A stretch of DNA of 64,000 nt from the human T2T-CHM13v2.0 reference genome, Homo sapiens: assembly GCF_009914755.1 (NCBI RefSeq), contig NC_060932.1, one strand, 5' to 3'. Each line of letters starts with the position of its first letter. The first letter of the stretch is position 1. Position numbers and translations under genes: made by a program. The notes beneath the pieces were generated by a model. It did no database searches, had not been told where the DNA came from, and worked only from the letters and a program-made list of their open reading frames with translations. Shown piece by piece: positions 30,800-45,200 of this stretch.

Positions 30800-32452
30800 C
30801 TGCAGACATAAGCATAACAAACCTTAATAGCTTAAGCTACTTTAGCCTCCTACTAAAAAGAAAAGTCTAAAAATAGTCTCATCTAAAAGGGACAAAAATG
30901 TCTGCTTCTGCACTTCCCAAGGACCCTTCTAAGCATCACTCATAATTCAATATGACAATTCTGATTTAGGAAATTTCAGATGGGCTGCAAATTTGTGATA
31001 CTGTTATGACTTTTTGAAAGAGAAAGTCAGCAAAATAGTTCATACCCTCTGACATAATTTATTTCTGGAATCCTATGCTGTGGAAATACACCTAAACATG
31101 GAAATGTTTCTATATGCAAAGATGTCCTTTGTCATTCTGTGACAGAAAAAACTAGATGTCATCTAAATATATAATAGCAAGGGAAGGTTAGTTACAGTAA
31201 TCAATAGCTTATGGAGGAACATGCTCATGCACTGTTAAATAAAGGACAAAAATCATATAAACTAAGATTATAACAACCATATTTTTTAAAACTATGAGTA
31301 GAAAAAAAAAGAAATTCACTAAAAGGCTAACAATGGCTTTTTTAGGTGATGAATCCATGGGAAATTTTTAATCTTGATTTTTCAGTATTTATTCCAAACG
31401 TTATTTCTATGTATTTTTTACTTTATATTGAGAGGGAAAAACATGATTTTTTACAAAGAGTGTAACAGTCTCTAGAGGCATGTCTGGAATGGGAGGTAGG
31501 AAAAACAAATTGTAATACTTGAATTTACAAAGCATTTTTCCAAGGAACTTAATAAAGATGTCAGTAACATTTATTGAGAACATACTAGCTGCCTGGCAGT
31601 GCATTAGATATACTGGATGCATTATCTCATTTAAACCTTCTAATAACCCCATGTTGTAGGTACTTTTGTTCACGTTTACAGATGAAGAAACCAGCTTAAA
31701 GAAGGTACATGACTTGCACAAGGTCACACAACTAGTGAGGAGGAGGATGATGAAGAAACCCAGGCCTGTCTAGCTCCACGGTCTCACTTTGAACCGTCCC
31801 CCGCCGGCCACGCTATGCTGCCGCCCACCTTTGAGGGGAAAATCCAGAAAGCTAGGCTTTGGTGTTAATCTACAGCTGAACACAAATGGAGTAATAAAGA
31901 CGTGTAGCAATTCAGAAATACATCTGGAAACCGTGCCGGGGTTCTCTAGACAAGGCTGCCCAGGCAGCAACTGAGAGGGCACAGAACAGGGTGGAGAACA
32001 GTTCGAGTAAACCACCAGTTGAAAGATGTGGAAGCAGTGGATACAAACCTCAATCTTCCCCAAGGAAGCTCAAAGTCTGAACCATTAAAAAAAAGAATTT
32101 CCCCCAATTCTAACTTAAAAAATCAGATGTTATTATTTTACATTTCATAAAACCTGTTGAGAAAAGACGTGATTGAAGAGAAAATATAAACTGAAACTCA
32201 AGCATGCGACTGCGTATATACCAAAGAAAAACTCTACGTTCAGAAAACAAACCAGCTGATTTCAATGAACACACACAAGCGGCTCAGCTGAGGTCTGCCT
32301 TGTTCGTCCTGTCTCCTTTCTCCTGGGTTGAGAGGCGGCACCTCAGCCAGCACAGTAAAGATGTGTTCAGACTCAGAAAACAAAACAAGAACGATGGACA
32401 CACGTTAAATGAAAACCAAACCAAACAGAAGGAAATTTGTACAGATAATGAC

Positions 32453-32607
32453 CTGCTGTGAGGACGCAAAGCTTACAGTTTTGGGGACTTCGTACGCTAT
32501 CTGAGTCGACACGCCGCCCATGTCGAGAATGCCCGCTGTCCTTTTACGGACAATGGCTTCGCTGCTTTCACTTCCAGGAATGTTAACTTCCACAACGGCC
32601 TCATCAT
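32453..32607 (-). CDS. ENTPD4: ENTPD4 exon 8 (ACR4, DMGGVSTQ; alternative donor at 32477)
   Basis: 155 nt overlapping ORF 32405-32593; tttctag|ATGATG; donors ACT|gtaagc (32477) and CAG|gtcatt (32453). Confidence 0.95.
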
Positions 32608-32890
32608 CTAGAAAGAACAGAAAGTGTTCACTGGAACAGAACTAATCCAGAGAACTGGGCTCTTCTGAAGAGTCACCTTCTTTTCATGGTCTATTTCAAG
32701 CATATTCAGGCAAACCCAGTCTACTCCTCCCAACTAAAATCAAGTTGAATTACGTTCAACTGCAGCTGCTCTCATTCTACTCCTACACGCTTAGGAGTGT
32801 CACAAAGCTTAGCTCTTTTTTCAGCCTTTGGATTAAACAGAAAAGCACCAATTTCCAACTAGATACATTTGTTGGAACCATGACACTTAC

Positions 32891-32950
32891 CATCTTCAAT
32901 ATGCTCAAATCGTCCAAGGACAAAATTAATGCCAATCCAAGCATACACAC
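32891..32950 (-). CDS. ENTPD4: ENTPD4 exon 7
   Basis: 60 nt; ctatag|GTGTGT...GATG|gtaagt; VYAWIGINFVLGRFEHIED. Confidence 0.93.
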
Positions 32951-33287
32951 CTATAGACATTTTACAGGGTGAAGAGAAGAAAAAGTTTTAAAACATTTTG
33001 TGTAACTCCTATCTGCGCAGTCTGTGCAAACGTCTCACTTATTTCACTCCCTGATAACCTGTAAAATCATCTGAAATAACACCTTGCTACTGATGTTTTT
33101 ATTACTCCAAATGGCTTTCCAAGAACTCTCAACTTTAATGTTTATAGTTTTATACCATCTACACAGGTTGGAAATACAATACGCTAGGTGCCAGTTTTCT
33201 TTTGAAATTTATGTTTCAAAATACTATAATTTTCACTTTTATGATGTTAAACCTGTCAAATCCAAGGTTTTAAAAATTCAAGGTATC

Positions 33288-33580
<293 letters not shown>

Positions 33581-34733
33581 TCAAGGTATCTTCTGCTCTT
33601 TCCTTTATCCCTCCATTCACTCAGCTGCCAAGTCTGATTCTATTTTCACATTCCCTACACCTGGGTTTCATTGTCACCTTGGGTAGTCCATCTAATCCAT
33701 CCCTGCCCCTATTCCTCTGCTGCAACCTGCTCTACTCTCTGCTATTGGACTCATCTACAGAAAGAAGTCCAAATTCCTGGACTGACAATTCAAGAGCCAG
33801 CCAACTGTTAACATTCCCGCCACTCCTTCCAGAAGGGCCACCACCCAGTCAAACTAAAACATTTGTGTTTCTCTGTCCACAGTGCCCTCTTTCCAACCTG
33901 TCCTGAGTCAAGTCCTTTCTTCTGCCTGGTGTGTGCTTCCTGCCCCTCCCTCAGAGCCCCACCCTTCCCATGCTCTGGCATGTTCTATTTAGAACTATCC
34001 CTTCCCTTGAGGTGCAGTTCAGATGTCACTTTCTCCATCATGGCCCTAGCTGGAAAAAAAAAAATGCCTCCCTCTTAAGAACTCCTGTGATATTTTTTCC
34101 TCATCTTTTTTCTGGTACCTAAAACCCTCATAGAACAGCTAACTGTGTAGCTCAATTGTCTGTAAGCAGCTGAATAGCAATGTGTAAATTTCACCCCATT
34201 TCTGTATTCTCTACAGTCTCTTTCACATAGGAAGTATTAATGCTGAAATGACAGACGGCTTTTGAAATACTTTTTGGTATACATTTCTAGCAAGCTATAC
34301 CCCAAATAATTTCATTGACTTGACATTTCATTCTCAAGGAGAATCATTTCTTTGAAAATAGAACAAAGATTTGATATTTCTCAGTGTATCAAAGTCGAGA
34401 AGAAGCTCCAACAGCTCAATAATGATCAACGTCCCAGGAAGCCACACAACTTAGGCAAGGCACACAAGCCTTTTCTATCAAAGTGAGTTTATATCAAGCT
34501 ATGTCACTACATGTGGTGAAGACAAACGGTTATCTTTCAGTGGCTTAATGTTAGGGCAACAAAGACTAGTCATATAAGAAACTGATTTAGTAATTTAAAA
34601 ATTGTAATATTTCAAGGCTATTATTTCCCAAATGTTAAGACAATAGGAGTATAACAAAGGGTACATTGGTGAAAATGGGGAGGATTTAAAGGAACAGCTT
34701 CCCAAATTTTAAACTGAAGACCAATATACCAAC

Positions 34734-34837
34734 CTTCTTGTTTCCCAGAAATTACTTCTGCATGAGAGTCAGAAAACAGAAAGTCAAAGTGCACGGGGAT
34801 ATCGGTCAGAAGGTCTTCCAGAATAGCTTTCTGCTGG
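34734..34837 (-). CDS. ENTPD4: ENTPD4 exon 6 (leading into ACR3, SGKQEG)
   Basis: 104 nt inside ORF 34621-34857; QQKAILEDLLTDIPVHFDFLFSDSHAEVISGKQE; tttacag| and |gttggt. Confidence 0.95.
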
Positions 34838-35339
34838 CTGTAAAGTAATAAAAACATTTACAAATCAAAAGATTACAGCTTGGTATCTTCTGTTTAGAAA
34901 AGGAAAAAAATAAACAAACAAAAAACAAAACCAGGGATCTGGTATATCTTGTATGAAACAGTTAATTTTTTTAAAAAAGAAATTCGTTGGAAAGATTATA
35001 TTAGGAATGAATTTTCAAAATGAACAAGTTGTGTGAATTATGTGATTTCTAGATGTAAAACTACAACTGCAAGCATTCCTTAACTACGTAAAATAGATTA
35101 GGTTTTTAAAAATGACACCTTTACCGTTGCCTATAGTCCTAAGTCAATTAAAGGCTATTTGGTGGATTCTGGCTAAAGGAATAGTTCTGGTACTGTTACA
35201 GACTTGAAGAAAGAATTTTGAATATTTTCCTTTCAATGATGATGATGATGATGGAGAGGAGAAGGAGGAAGGGGGAGAAGAACACCCCCTCTCCCCTCCA
35301 GGAACCCACCCTCACCCTTGCCCTTCTGTGGAGGATCAC

Positions 35340-35490
35340 CTTTCGGGGAGGATTCTCATTCCAGCCGTGCAGAGAATGTAGAGAGGTGTCTCTTTGTGTT
35401 TTGCCCGTGGCACATGCTCTGCAGCAAAGTTCAAAAGTGGAGAAATGTAATCACTGACTTTCTCTGGAGAGGTAGCAAATTCTGAAATGC
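35340..35490 (-). CDS. ENTPD4: ENTPD4 exon 5 (ACR2, TAGMR)
   Basis: 151 nt; ttctctag|GCATT...GAAAG|gtgatc; ISEFATSPEKVSDYISPLLNFAAEHVPRAKHKETPLYILCTAGMRILPE. Confidence 0.95.
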
Positions 35491-38400
35491 CTAGAGAAAC
35501 AGGATACTTTAGTTAAGAAGCAGATATTTTAGCTATAACATGTGATGTTTCTTCAGAGTGGCTAATTTTAGGGAAATCATGCTACACATTACACTTCCTT
35601 AGTTTTTCCTATCCTTCTAGCAACTTCTTCTGCAGACCTTACTTAAATGTTGGTGGCACTATTCAGTGCTATGTCCTTTTCTTCTTCATCAAAGCACACA
35701 GACCTGACTGAGCATCTGCTGTGTGTCACTGCCATGCGCATGGGCTCTTGCCTGCCCTCGAGAAACGTGCTCCCCCTCTCCTCAGGTGAGCTCAGTCCCT
35801 CCTGAGGCTGCTATCACCATCAGCATGCCATGAACTCCGAACTGTGCCACCAGCCATGCAGCACTCATTAGCCTCCAGGTGAGCGTGGGGTAACTGTCCA
35901 CCAGACACTGCCCTTGCTTGTCCTCACAGCCACCCCCAATGCATCATGGCAAAATCTGAACTCAACTTTCACTACAAACCTGCTCTCACTGCTGGTTACC
36001 TCCCTCCGAGGCCATCAGCGCTGGGCACCCAGCAGCCCAAGCCAGGGTCTTAGATGAAGTCCCTCTCCCTCATCCCAACACACAACCTGGGTTTCATAGA
36101 TCGCCTCTCCTTGGTTCCTCTCACATGACTTTACTCCTCATCCCTTTGGACACGCCCTCTGCCAGCCTGCCACAGCACATCCCACCCTCTGATCCTGACC
36201 ATCTCCCCACCATTCCCTACCCAAAGGATGCCTCTTCAGGCTTCCAATTCTTTTGTGGCTCAATGTCCTCCAGGTAAGGCTCAACTCTAGAACACCCTGC
36301 TCTGCATAACTCACCCACCCTTATCTCTTCCCATGTTCCTTCCATTGCCTTCAGCTACACTGAACTAACATTTCCATAATGCACCTTACTGTGGCCTTAG
36401 GGCCCTGCTCCTCCACCACCAAGAAGAGTCTTCTCCATCCACCTCCCTACCCCTTTTCACCTGGTTAATTCCTGCACACCCACTTGGCTCCAGCCTCCAT
36501 GGAAGTCACCCTAACAGAACCCTGAAGACAACTCTTGTTAAATTCCATGCTTACTTCCTTTTGCTAGATGTACATTCATTACACCATATCAAAATTACCT
36601 ATTTACTTGCCTGTCTCATTACAACTAAAAGCTTCTCAAGGGCACAAAATGTGTCTGTTCAAACTTATATTCATAGCACCTAACACAGTGCCTAGCAAAT
36701 GGCAGGTGCCCAGCATGTATCTGCTGAATGAGTACACAAATGAATATTTCTAGGTGTCATTTAGCCTACAATATTAAAAATGAGGGGCGCTTTAGAAGTC
36801 TAAAAATACCTTATTTCACACATTAGAAAATTACAAACCCAAAAAGATTAAGTGATTCATCAAAGGAATTAGCAAAAAATTGACTAAACTGTAAGTTTTT
36901 GACAACACATACAATTCAATTTCAATGCACTCGAAGCCCTAAACTAGCCAGACCCTATTAAGAAATTTCTAGAGCCTTGCTGCAATGTTATACACGGAAG
37001 TCCATGCTTCAGGACAGAGTAGTGCAATAAAAAGGTATTTTGATTTCCATTTCATACACTTTGTATAGTGCAAGACAGACCAATGTTAAGCCTGATTTTA
37101 ATGAGATTCTAATGTATACTCTAGGATGATAATGTAGTTGACCCTTTGTTCTAAAAGGACAACTCCAAGGCATGGAAGTTTTCATCTTATTCCATGAGAT
37201 CTGTTTAGTCACTGATGGGACCTGGTACGTGAAGCTAGATGAAATGTAAAATGCTTTATTTTTTCAGTCTTCTCGTAAGTTTTTTATTTGATCAATATTA
37301 CTTTAACTGAAAATGTTTCTAGGTTAGGGATACATAAAAATTTAAGGGGTAGAAATACATAAAACTAAAACTTAGAAGACACTCACTAAAAAATTAATCT
37401 TTGTTCATGGAAATGTACTCTGATAAAATAATGCTGGTATACAGACACACAGTAGGTTGTCTCTCTTTAACCTGAAAAGTGAGGTACAGACTTTAGATTT
37501 TCTGAGTAATATGCTGGTTCCTAGCTGCCCATACATCAAAGGATAATCAACTTGTTGAGGGCTGCCTGAAGGAGGAGGTGGGGTCTGAATTATTCCGTAA
37601 AGAATGAGGACTCGAGGGGTCACCATTCTACATGGTTGGAGACTCTTCTATGAGGATATGTATTTTTCTCATGTTAAACTGAATATTCTTTTAAATTTTA
37701 TTTCTGAAATGGGGATAATAAGCTATAATAATTATTATTTATCAATATTCTCTAATAATTTACCAGATAAATTTCTTGGATTGTTTGCATTTGATATTTT
37801 ACTATTTTAATACATTAGTAAGATGACATAAAAGTGCTGCATCTCTATTAAGATCTGTGGTCAACTGTTTGAAATCAGTGATCAACTATCAAGACATAAA
37901 ACTTGTTTCAAGGCACTCCCGGTATCTCCCATTCTAAATGCTCCTGACAGAAGCTGCTGTCCATGGAAATGGTGATGATACAGAAAAAAGAGCATCACTG
38001 ATGTAAATTACCTAATAAGGAAGCCAAACCTAAACTTTTACATGTCACACTGGCTTAGAAATTACAGTATCTTTAAAAACTATACATAATTATGATTAGC
38101 TCTAAGTTCTGTGGTCACACTCACCAAATAATCTAGATGACTAGAACTACATGTGGCCAGCAATTTTTAAAAGTGACAAATATATGCCAATATATTACAG
38201 ATTTTCATGAGTTATCTGAAATTACCTTGTCATTAAGGATAGAGACCAATGGTTACTAAATAGGAAAAAACTCTCCATAATTAATGCCAACCAGCAACAT
38301 CTGCGTAGATACCATGAGTAAGGCACTATTTAAAATGCTATGGGAGACAAAAAGACATGTCTGTTTGGATGTTTTATCAAGGTGTTAGTCACCCTTTGCA

Positions 38401-38563
38401 AAATGGACAGAAAAGGGAAAAGAAAGTGAAACAAGGAGACCCATCAGGTCCTGGTGTGAGGTTTGACTCAGGGCCATGGTGTAGAAAGGGAACGATATGA
38501 AAGACGCCACAGAGAATGAAGGTACACACCCTGGTTACCAGGCAGATGTTCTCATTTACATAC

Positions 38564-38769
38564 CCGGTTTTATCTTCATGACCACTGGCTTTCGGTTTTT
38601 ATCCCTCATTTGCCTGATATCCAACAGATCATGTGGATTGCCATTATGCCTTGGCCAGCAGTAAACAAATACTCGAGACCCACTGCTACCACAGTCCACC
38701 ACGATCCCATAGTTCACATTGGGGTTATTGGTGTCTGTAGCTTCAATGTCGGTAACTCGTGCCAGGTAC
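38564..38769 (-). CDS. ENTPD4: ENTPD4 exon 4 (ACR1, DCGSSGSR)
   Basis: 206 nt inside ORF 38556-38786; YGIVVDCGSSGSRVFVY is the GDA1/CD39 apyrase motif 1; acceptor tacaag|, donor |gtatgt. Confidence 0.97.
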
Positions 38770-39244
38770 CTTGTATAGAAACACACGTATGCTTTGATTT
38801 AGACAAAGAATATCACCTGAAGTCTAACAGAGAAAATGCAGCAAATACCAAGTCAGTAATTTCTAAGCTATGTAGCAGCACCACTATAACATCAATACAA
38901 CTGTTGAATAATTGAAGAGTCAAAAGAAAACAAAACAAGTGATGATGATAAAGATCATCTAAATCAGACACACACTCCATTACAGAAGTTCAAACAAATT
39001 CCAAAATGCAAAATTCTATTTCTAAACTACCAACTCAAAAATCAGCTTAAAACATATTACACGAGACGCTTATGTATAAATAATTATTCCAGGACCTCTT
39101 ATGATATGGATTTGGTAGTTAGCAGTTAACTAGCTTCAAATGGTTTAACTGTTCATGCCATGATGAACATGGCACAGAATCTAGTTCCTACAGTTCCTTA
39201 AATTCCAATCTAAAGCCAAACGTCGTGAAGCCATGAAATGATGG

Positions 39245-39578
39245 TGTTATGGTCTGAATGTCTGGGGCCCCCCAAAATTCGTATGTTGGAGACCTAATCA
39301 CCAATGCGATGCTATTAGGAGGTGGGGCCTCAGGGGGATGATTAGTTCATGAGGGCAGAAACTTCAGGGAGCCCCCTCACCCCCTTTCCATCATGTGAGG
39401 AAACAGCAAGAAGACCTCCTCATCTCAGAACCAGGAATCAGGCCCTCACCACACACAAAACCTATGGCACCTTGATCGTGGATTTCCCAACCTCTAGAAC
39501 AGTTAGAAACAAATTGCTGTTGTTTATAAGCCACCCAGTCTATGGAATTCTGTTCCAGCAGCCTAAAACAGGTAAGAC
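39245..39578 (+). mobile_element. MLT1 LTR in intron 3
   Basis: tgttatggtctgaatgt...ttcccaacctctagaac...gtttataagccacccagtctatgg...taagaca. Confidence 0.75.
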
Positions 39579-39625
39579 AGAAGGTAAGGCTTCTGGTCTA
39601 GAAAGCAAATGTTTTTATCTCTTAC

Positions 39626-39823
39626 CTTTGAAATTTCTTGTCTCTGGTTAGTCGCCCATACTTATTTCGGATTATGACAACAGAAAAATATAAAAGTGAA
39701 ACAGCAGCAGCCAGGACACTAATGACCATAATTTGGCGTAAATTGGTATTCAGAATTCGAGGACACCCTACTGGAGATATGCTAAAATGCCAAGAAGCAG
39801 GAAAAAGACAGGAGATGCCAATC
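39626..39823 (-). CDS. ENTPD4: ENTPD4 exon 3 (N-terminal tail and first TM helix)
   Basis: 198 nt; atttcag|GATTGG...CAAAG|gtaaga; encodes [65 protein letters not shown]. Confidence 0.95.
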
Positions 39824-40776
39824 CTGAAATTAGAAGGAAAAAGATTTTAAAGCAATCTGCTCCAATGAGGCTTCCTTCACCTAAAGTGATCCTAAAATAA
39901 GATATTTGGCTTGAGCTACCTGGATTTCCCTAACTGTAGGTATCTGTATACTGGCATCTTGCATATGCTACACAACAGCTACAAACCCCTTATCATAAAA
40001 TCATCTGAATGAGAATCAGGCCCTGAAGGTTACGACACTTCTGGGTTTTCCCCTTCTCTTGACAGTATTATGTAGATTTTTAATTTTACCCTGCTTTGCT
40101 CCAACATAGATACAGAATTAGAGACTGCTTACGAGAATAACTTCAATAACATAAATATATAAATCGATCATGAAATCGAGTGTAAGGATGATGAGACCAA
40201 ACGGGAATGCAGTATGGAGAAAGGCATGTCGTAAGCTGGGCCTGCTGCAAATACGACTGAGCTCATTGCCCATTACACCAGAAATATACAAATAGCTCAG
40301 GAGGAACAAATTTTCTCAACACTGAAGTCCAAGGCAAATTTCTCCCAGATGACTTGAGTAATGGGAGAAAACAGCATTTTAACAACATCCCCATAACAAA
40401 GTCAATAAATGAGTTTTCTATGTCCTGTACTTTTAGAAATATTCCCACAAGACATTTCTGCAAATAATCAAGAACTTTTCCCCTCAGTTTATGTCAAGAA
40501 TGAGAGGCTCATTCTAGAAATATGATTAGGATTTAAAAAAATTTCACTGCCTTTGGGATAAATTCTATTATTTTACAGTTAATTTCTTTACTCTTCACCT
40601 TGAAGAGTGCTTCATGCATTAAAATACCTCACTGGGCCCTGGAAGAAAAAAGGTCTTAAACAGAAGCACAGCACAACTTCACATTTTTCACTTGCGATTT
40701 AGATTTTTTTTCTCTCAAGACCTGTTTTTGCATCACCAAGATTTCATGTTTCATGGTGATTAGGCCCATCACTTAC

Positions 40777-40881
40777 CTCCCCATACTGAAAGGTCAGCAA
40801 CAAGGCAATGCTCTGGGATTCAGTCCTTCTCACAAACAATTATAGAAATAATGCTGGGGTCCTCACGGAGTTAGAGCCCTC
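40777..40881 (-). CDS. ENTPD4: ENTPD4 exon 2 (5'UTR plus start codon; coding part 40777-40784, ATG GGG AG)
   Basis: Acceptor ttcctggaacag|GAGGG; ATG in strong context (agtATGG); donor AG|gtaagt; phase joins exon 3 to give [10 protein letters not shown]. Confidence 0.9.
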
Positions 40882-41758
40882 CTGTTCCAGGAAGTGAGAC
40901 AAATCACAAAGATAGCATCATCAAAGAAAACATCTACGTTCTTTAAGTGTGTGCTTAAATCCAACCACATATAATCTATACATGATCCTTGCACTGAAGC
41001 TGTTGGAAGGGTTTATTCTGAGCAACACACTTCTAAGTTAATTTCATACTGTCCAATATAGACCTAAATCAAAAGAGATGATAATCGTCTGGTACTAGTT
41101 AGTGCTGTCTAACCTAAAGTGTCTGTGACCCCAAAATATCAGGATATCAAATAGGCCTTAAATACCTTATGGTACAAGGGAGATTTGGGGTGGAGGTAGG
41201 AGAAAGGCAGAATAAGCTGAATGTGAACCTGAAATATCCATTCACTTGATAAATGTCTATTAGACTGCCCTTTTATGTACAAAGTACTGTGCAAGGCACT
41301 TTGTCCCTAGTCAGTTCTCCGACTCCACCATTATCACTCCTCCTCCAGCCTCCAGGCCTCAAATTGCAGAGCAGACAGATGCCTTTAGCCAGGGCCTCCT
41401 TCCAATCTGCTGAAGCCAAAGGACAAGCGGTCTCTATCTTTCCTCGGTCTCACAAAGCTGCTTGACCTCTCAAGACAGCTGTCTCGTCTGGTCTGCTTCT
41501 GAGCTCTGGAATAACTGCTGCTCAGGATCCTTTAAGCGTTGTTCTCTGCCAACCCCGACTACTCTTATGTTTCCAGGCTCTCTGTCTAGCCTCATTCTCT
41601 TCTAACTACAATCATTACTGAGGCTTCAATGATCAGGTAACTCAAATTTTTCTTTCTCCACCCCAGGCTTCTCTTCTACACTTTTTCAACAGCCTATGAG
41701 CCATCTCTATCTGAATGTTGCACAGAACCATGAGAAAATTCTAAAACTGCACCCCTAA

Positions 41759-42203
<445 letters not shown>

Positions 42204-45200
42204 CCAAATGTAATTTCTTACAGATTCCTTTAATTTCTTTAACCTCAGCTTATCTAAAATCCCTTTCCTTATCATCTTTGCCTGAGATCAGGCTCTTATC
42301 TCTTGCCTGCTCTAAAGAGCAGCCTAACTAGTCTTCTACCGGCAGTCTCAACCAGTGACCTCGCCTTTATCACCCTCGGGCAATGATACTTTCTTGGAAA
42401 TTGATAGCTCCACACTCCCACCCCTTGCTCAGGACCCCGATCAGATTACTTCTGTACTCAGAAATCCTCCAAAGACTCCAATCTACAAAGCCCTACAGGA
42501 TCTAACACCTGTTAAGGCTCTGACCTCATCGTCTGCTCTCTCCTCCTTTACACTGCATTCCAGCCACACCAATGTTCCGAGTGGTCTTCAAAAATGCCAG
42601 GCACTCTCTGGTCTCAGGGTCTCTCAACTTGTTGCCCCCTCTACTAGGAAGTAATCTGTATGGCTCACTTTTTCATTCCCTTCAGGTCTTTACTCAAATA
42701 ATGTCACCTTCTCAAGGAGGACTTCCCTGGTCACCTGATCAATAACTGCAATGCCTACCCCCTCCCCAGCAATTCCCTTCCCTGATTGATCTTTTCTCCT
42801 TAGCATTTATTTATTTATTAAATGCTTTTATAGTGCTCATTATGTACCAGGCCTTGTTCCAAACATTGTACAAATACTAACTTCATTCCCCTAACAACTT
42901 ACAAGACAGATACTATTATCACAACACTTTATGGATGAGGCAGAGAGGCTAAGTAACTTGTCTAAGGTCACACAGCTCCTGGGAGGGAGAGGTGGGATGC
43001 AAGTGTGAGAATCCACCCATCCTTGTCCTCTAACATAATGCGTGTCTTGTGTTTCTCTTTTTTGTCTCTTCCCCCAGAATGGGAGCTCCCCCAGGCCCAG
43101 GTTTTGGTCTGCTCAGTTGAGTGCTGCAGTTGTAGCTTTGCAGACCCTAGGAAAGGGACTGGCAAGAAGTCAAGTTTTAGAGTTCTGGGACCCAAAAGGG
43201 TTAAGAACTCTACACTAGAGTGACATTTCCAAAACAAACAGGGAATCATAACTCCCCATCCCCCAACTTTTCTCTCTCACTCAGGAAACAGTCAACTCCT
43301 TAGGGTGTAAAAGAGGTCCCTCATGATTTAGTCCGGTGCTGTCCAATGAGGCAGCCACTTGCCATGTGTGGTTATTTAAAGTAATTAAATTTAAATAAAA
43401 TTAAAAATTGAGTTCCTCAGTTGTACTAGCCACCTTTGAAGTGCTTAATAGCCACATATAGCTTCTGCATTAGCCAGTCCACACATAAAACACTGACATC
43501 ATCGCAGAAAGCTCTTTGCACAGTACTGATCTGGGGCCTATCTTTCTGTCTCATTCCCTGACAGACCCCTCCTACGTACCCTAGGCTCCAGCCACATGAA
43601 ACACAAGCTACAGATCACTGAAATGCCTCGCATTCCTTGGCATTAGCAGAATGAACCTCTTCCTTGTGTTGTCAGTTGCATTCCTAAGAATCAATGCTGA
43701 CACAAATCAAGCATGAGTCCTCGGTGAGTTTCCCTAATCCTCATATCCCCAGAGTATTTGCTTATCACAGCAGTGGGCTAAAGTATTATACGTGTGGTTG
43801 GCTTCCTCATTACATGACAAGCCCCACTAGGGCAGGGACAGCCTCTTATTCTTCTGTTTCCCCCGTGACCAGTGCCTGCCACACAAATCATGAGTAACTA
43901 TTGCAGGTTTCACAAATGGCTGGAAATGGGAGACACAAAGATGAATTAGATATAGGCCCAGACCTTAAAGAATCTATAAGGCAGTGGAGGAAATAAAACA
44001 TACACACAAAGATATTAGAGAGTAAAAAGTATTAATAATGCCTACCTGACAAAGGGGAAAAAATCACTTTAATTAGTTCAAGTTTTAATATGGTGTCCAT
44101 ATTGTACCATGTACCCCAAATTTAGGACAAACAATGTCTGTGATTTAAAAGTTTACACAAAAAGTAAAAAGAAAAAAAAATCAATGATCTAGACGTTTAA
44201 ATGGATTTTAATGTTTTTATAAAATAGCTACACAAGTTTAAAACTTCTGTGTGCTTAAAACAAACAAAAAAATCCCTCCCTGCTATGAATACACACAACT
44301 TGGGAAAAGTACTTGTAAAGTGCATGACAAAGAGTAAATAACCTTTACATAGCCAGTTATTATAAAGAAATAAGAGAAAGACTGAACAGAAAAATGAGCA
44401 AAGACAATTTGAGATTATTGAAATAAATCTCATTGAAATGGCTGATAAAATAATCAGTATTCAGATAAATAGAAATAAAAACAGCTATCATATTGACAGA
44501 CATGAAGGCCTGGTGATACTTGGCTAACAGGGGAAGGGGAAAAGGTCGATGAGTACTGCTGTGAGACTCTGGACAGGCACATCACTAACCTTCTGGGGGT
44601 ACTGGGGTGACACACACGAACACTTATGCATGCCTATCCTCTGCTCTACCCATCACACTTCCAGAAATTCATCTTTAGGAAGTCATCAGGAAAATTCACT
44701 AAAAAATCTATAGGATGGTCATCATAGTATTGTGTGGAACAGCAAAACACTGTTACTAATGTCCACTGTGGGGTACATTTATGCAATGGAATACAATGTG
44801 ACTATTAAAGGTGATGACATAGATCTATTTATTGACATGAAAACAAGTTCATGATATATTAAGTGAAAAAATGTCCCCATGCATGGGGGGATAAAATGTT
44901 AGGAAAGAAACCAAAATATTAACAGTGCTTAGTTATTTCTGGGCAATGAGATCAGGTATCATCTTTATTTTCTTCCCTAGGCTTGCCTATATTTTTCAAA
45001 GGACATATATTAATTTTATCATCAGAGGAAATAACAATTTTTAACAAGCTACCTTTGACGGATGAAACCTTGTTTCCAGGATCAAATACTTTTCCGAATA
45101 TATTGAGAAAGCCTATCTTAAAAGCCTATCAGGACACAGGAATTCCAATCTGAACATTTAAAAAAAACATCAGTGATAGTTGTGTGATAGCTGAACTGAG

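Noticed and set aside
40785-40805. Cryptic acceptor gctgacctttcag|T immediately before the main ATG
   Set aside because: The putative branch A is only ~9 nt from the AG and would give a 9-nt microexon; no support without RNA data
44875-44888. 14-bp palindrome ccccatgcatgggg
   Set aside because: A few palindromes of this length are expected by chance in 64 kb, and it lies in an old L1-like region
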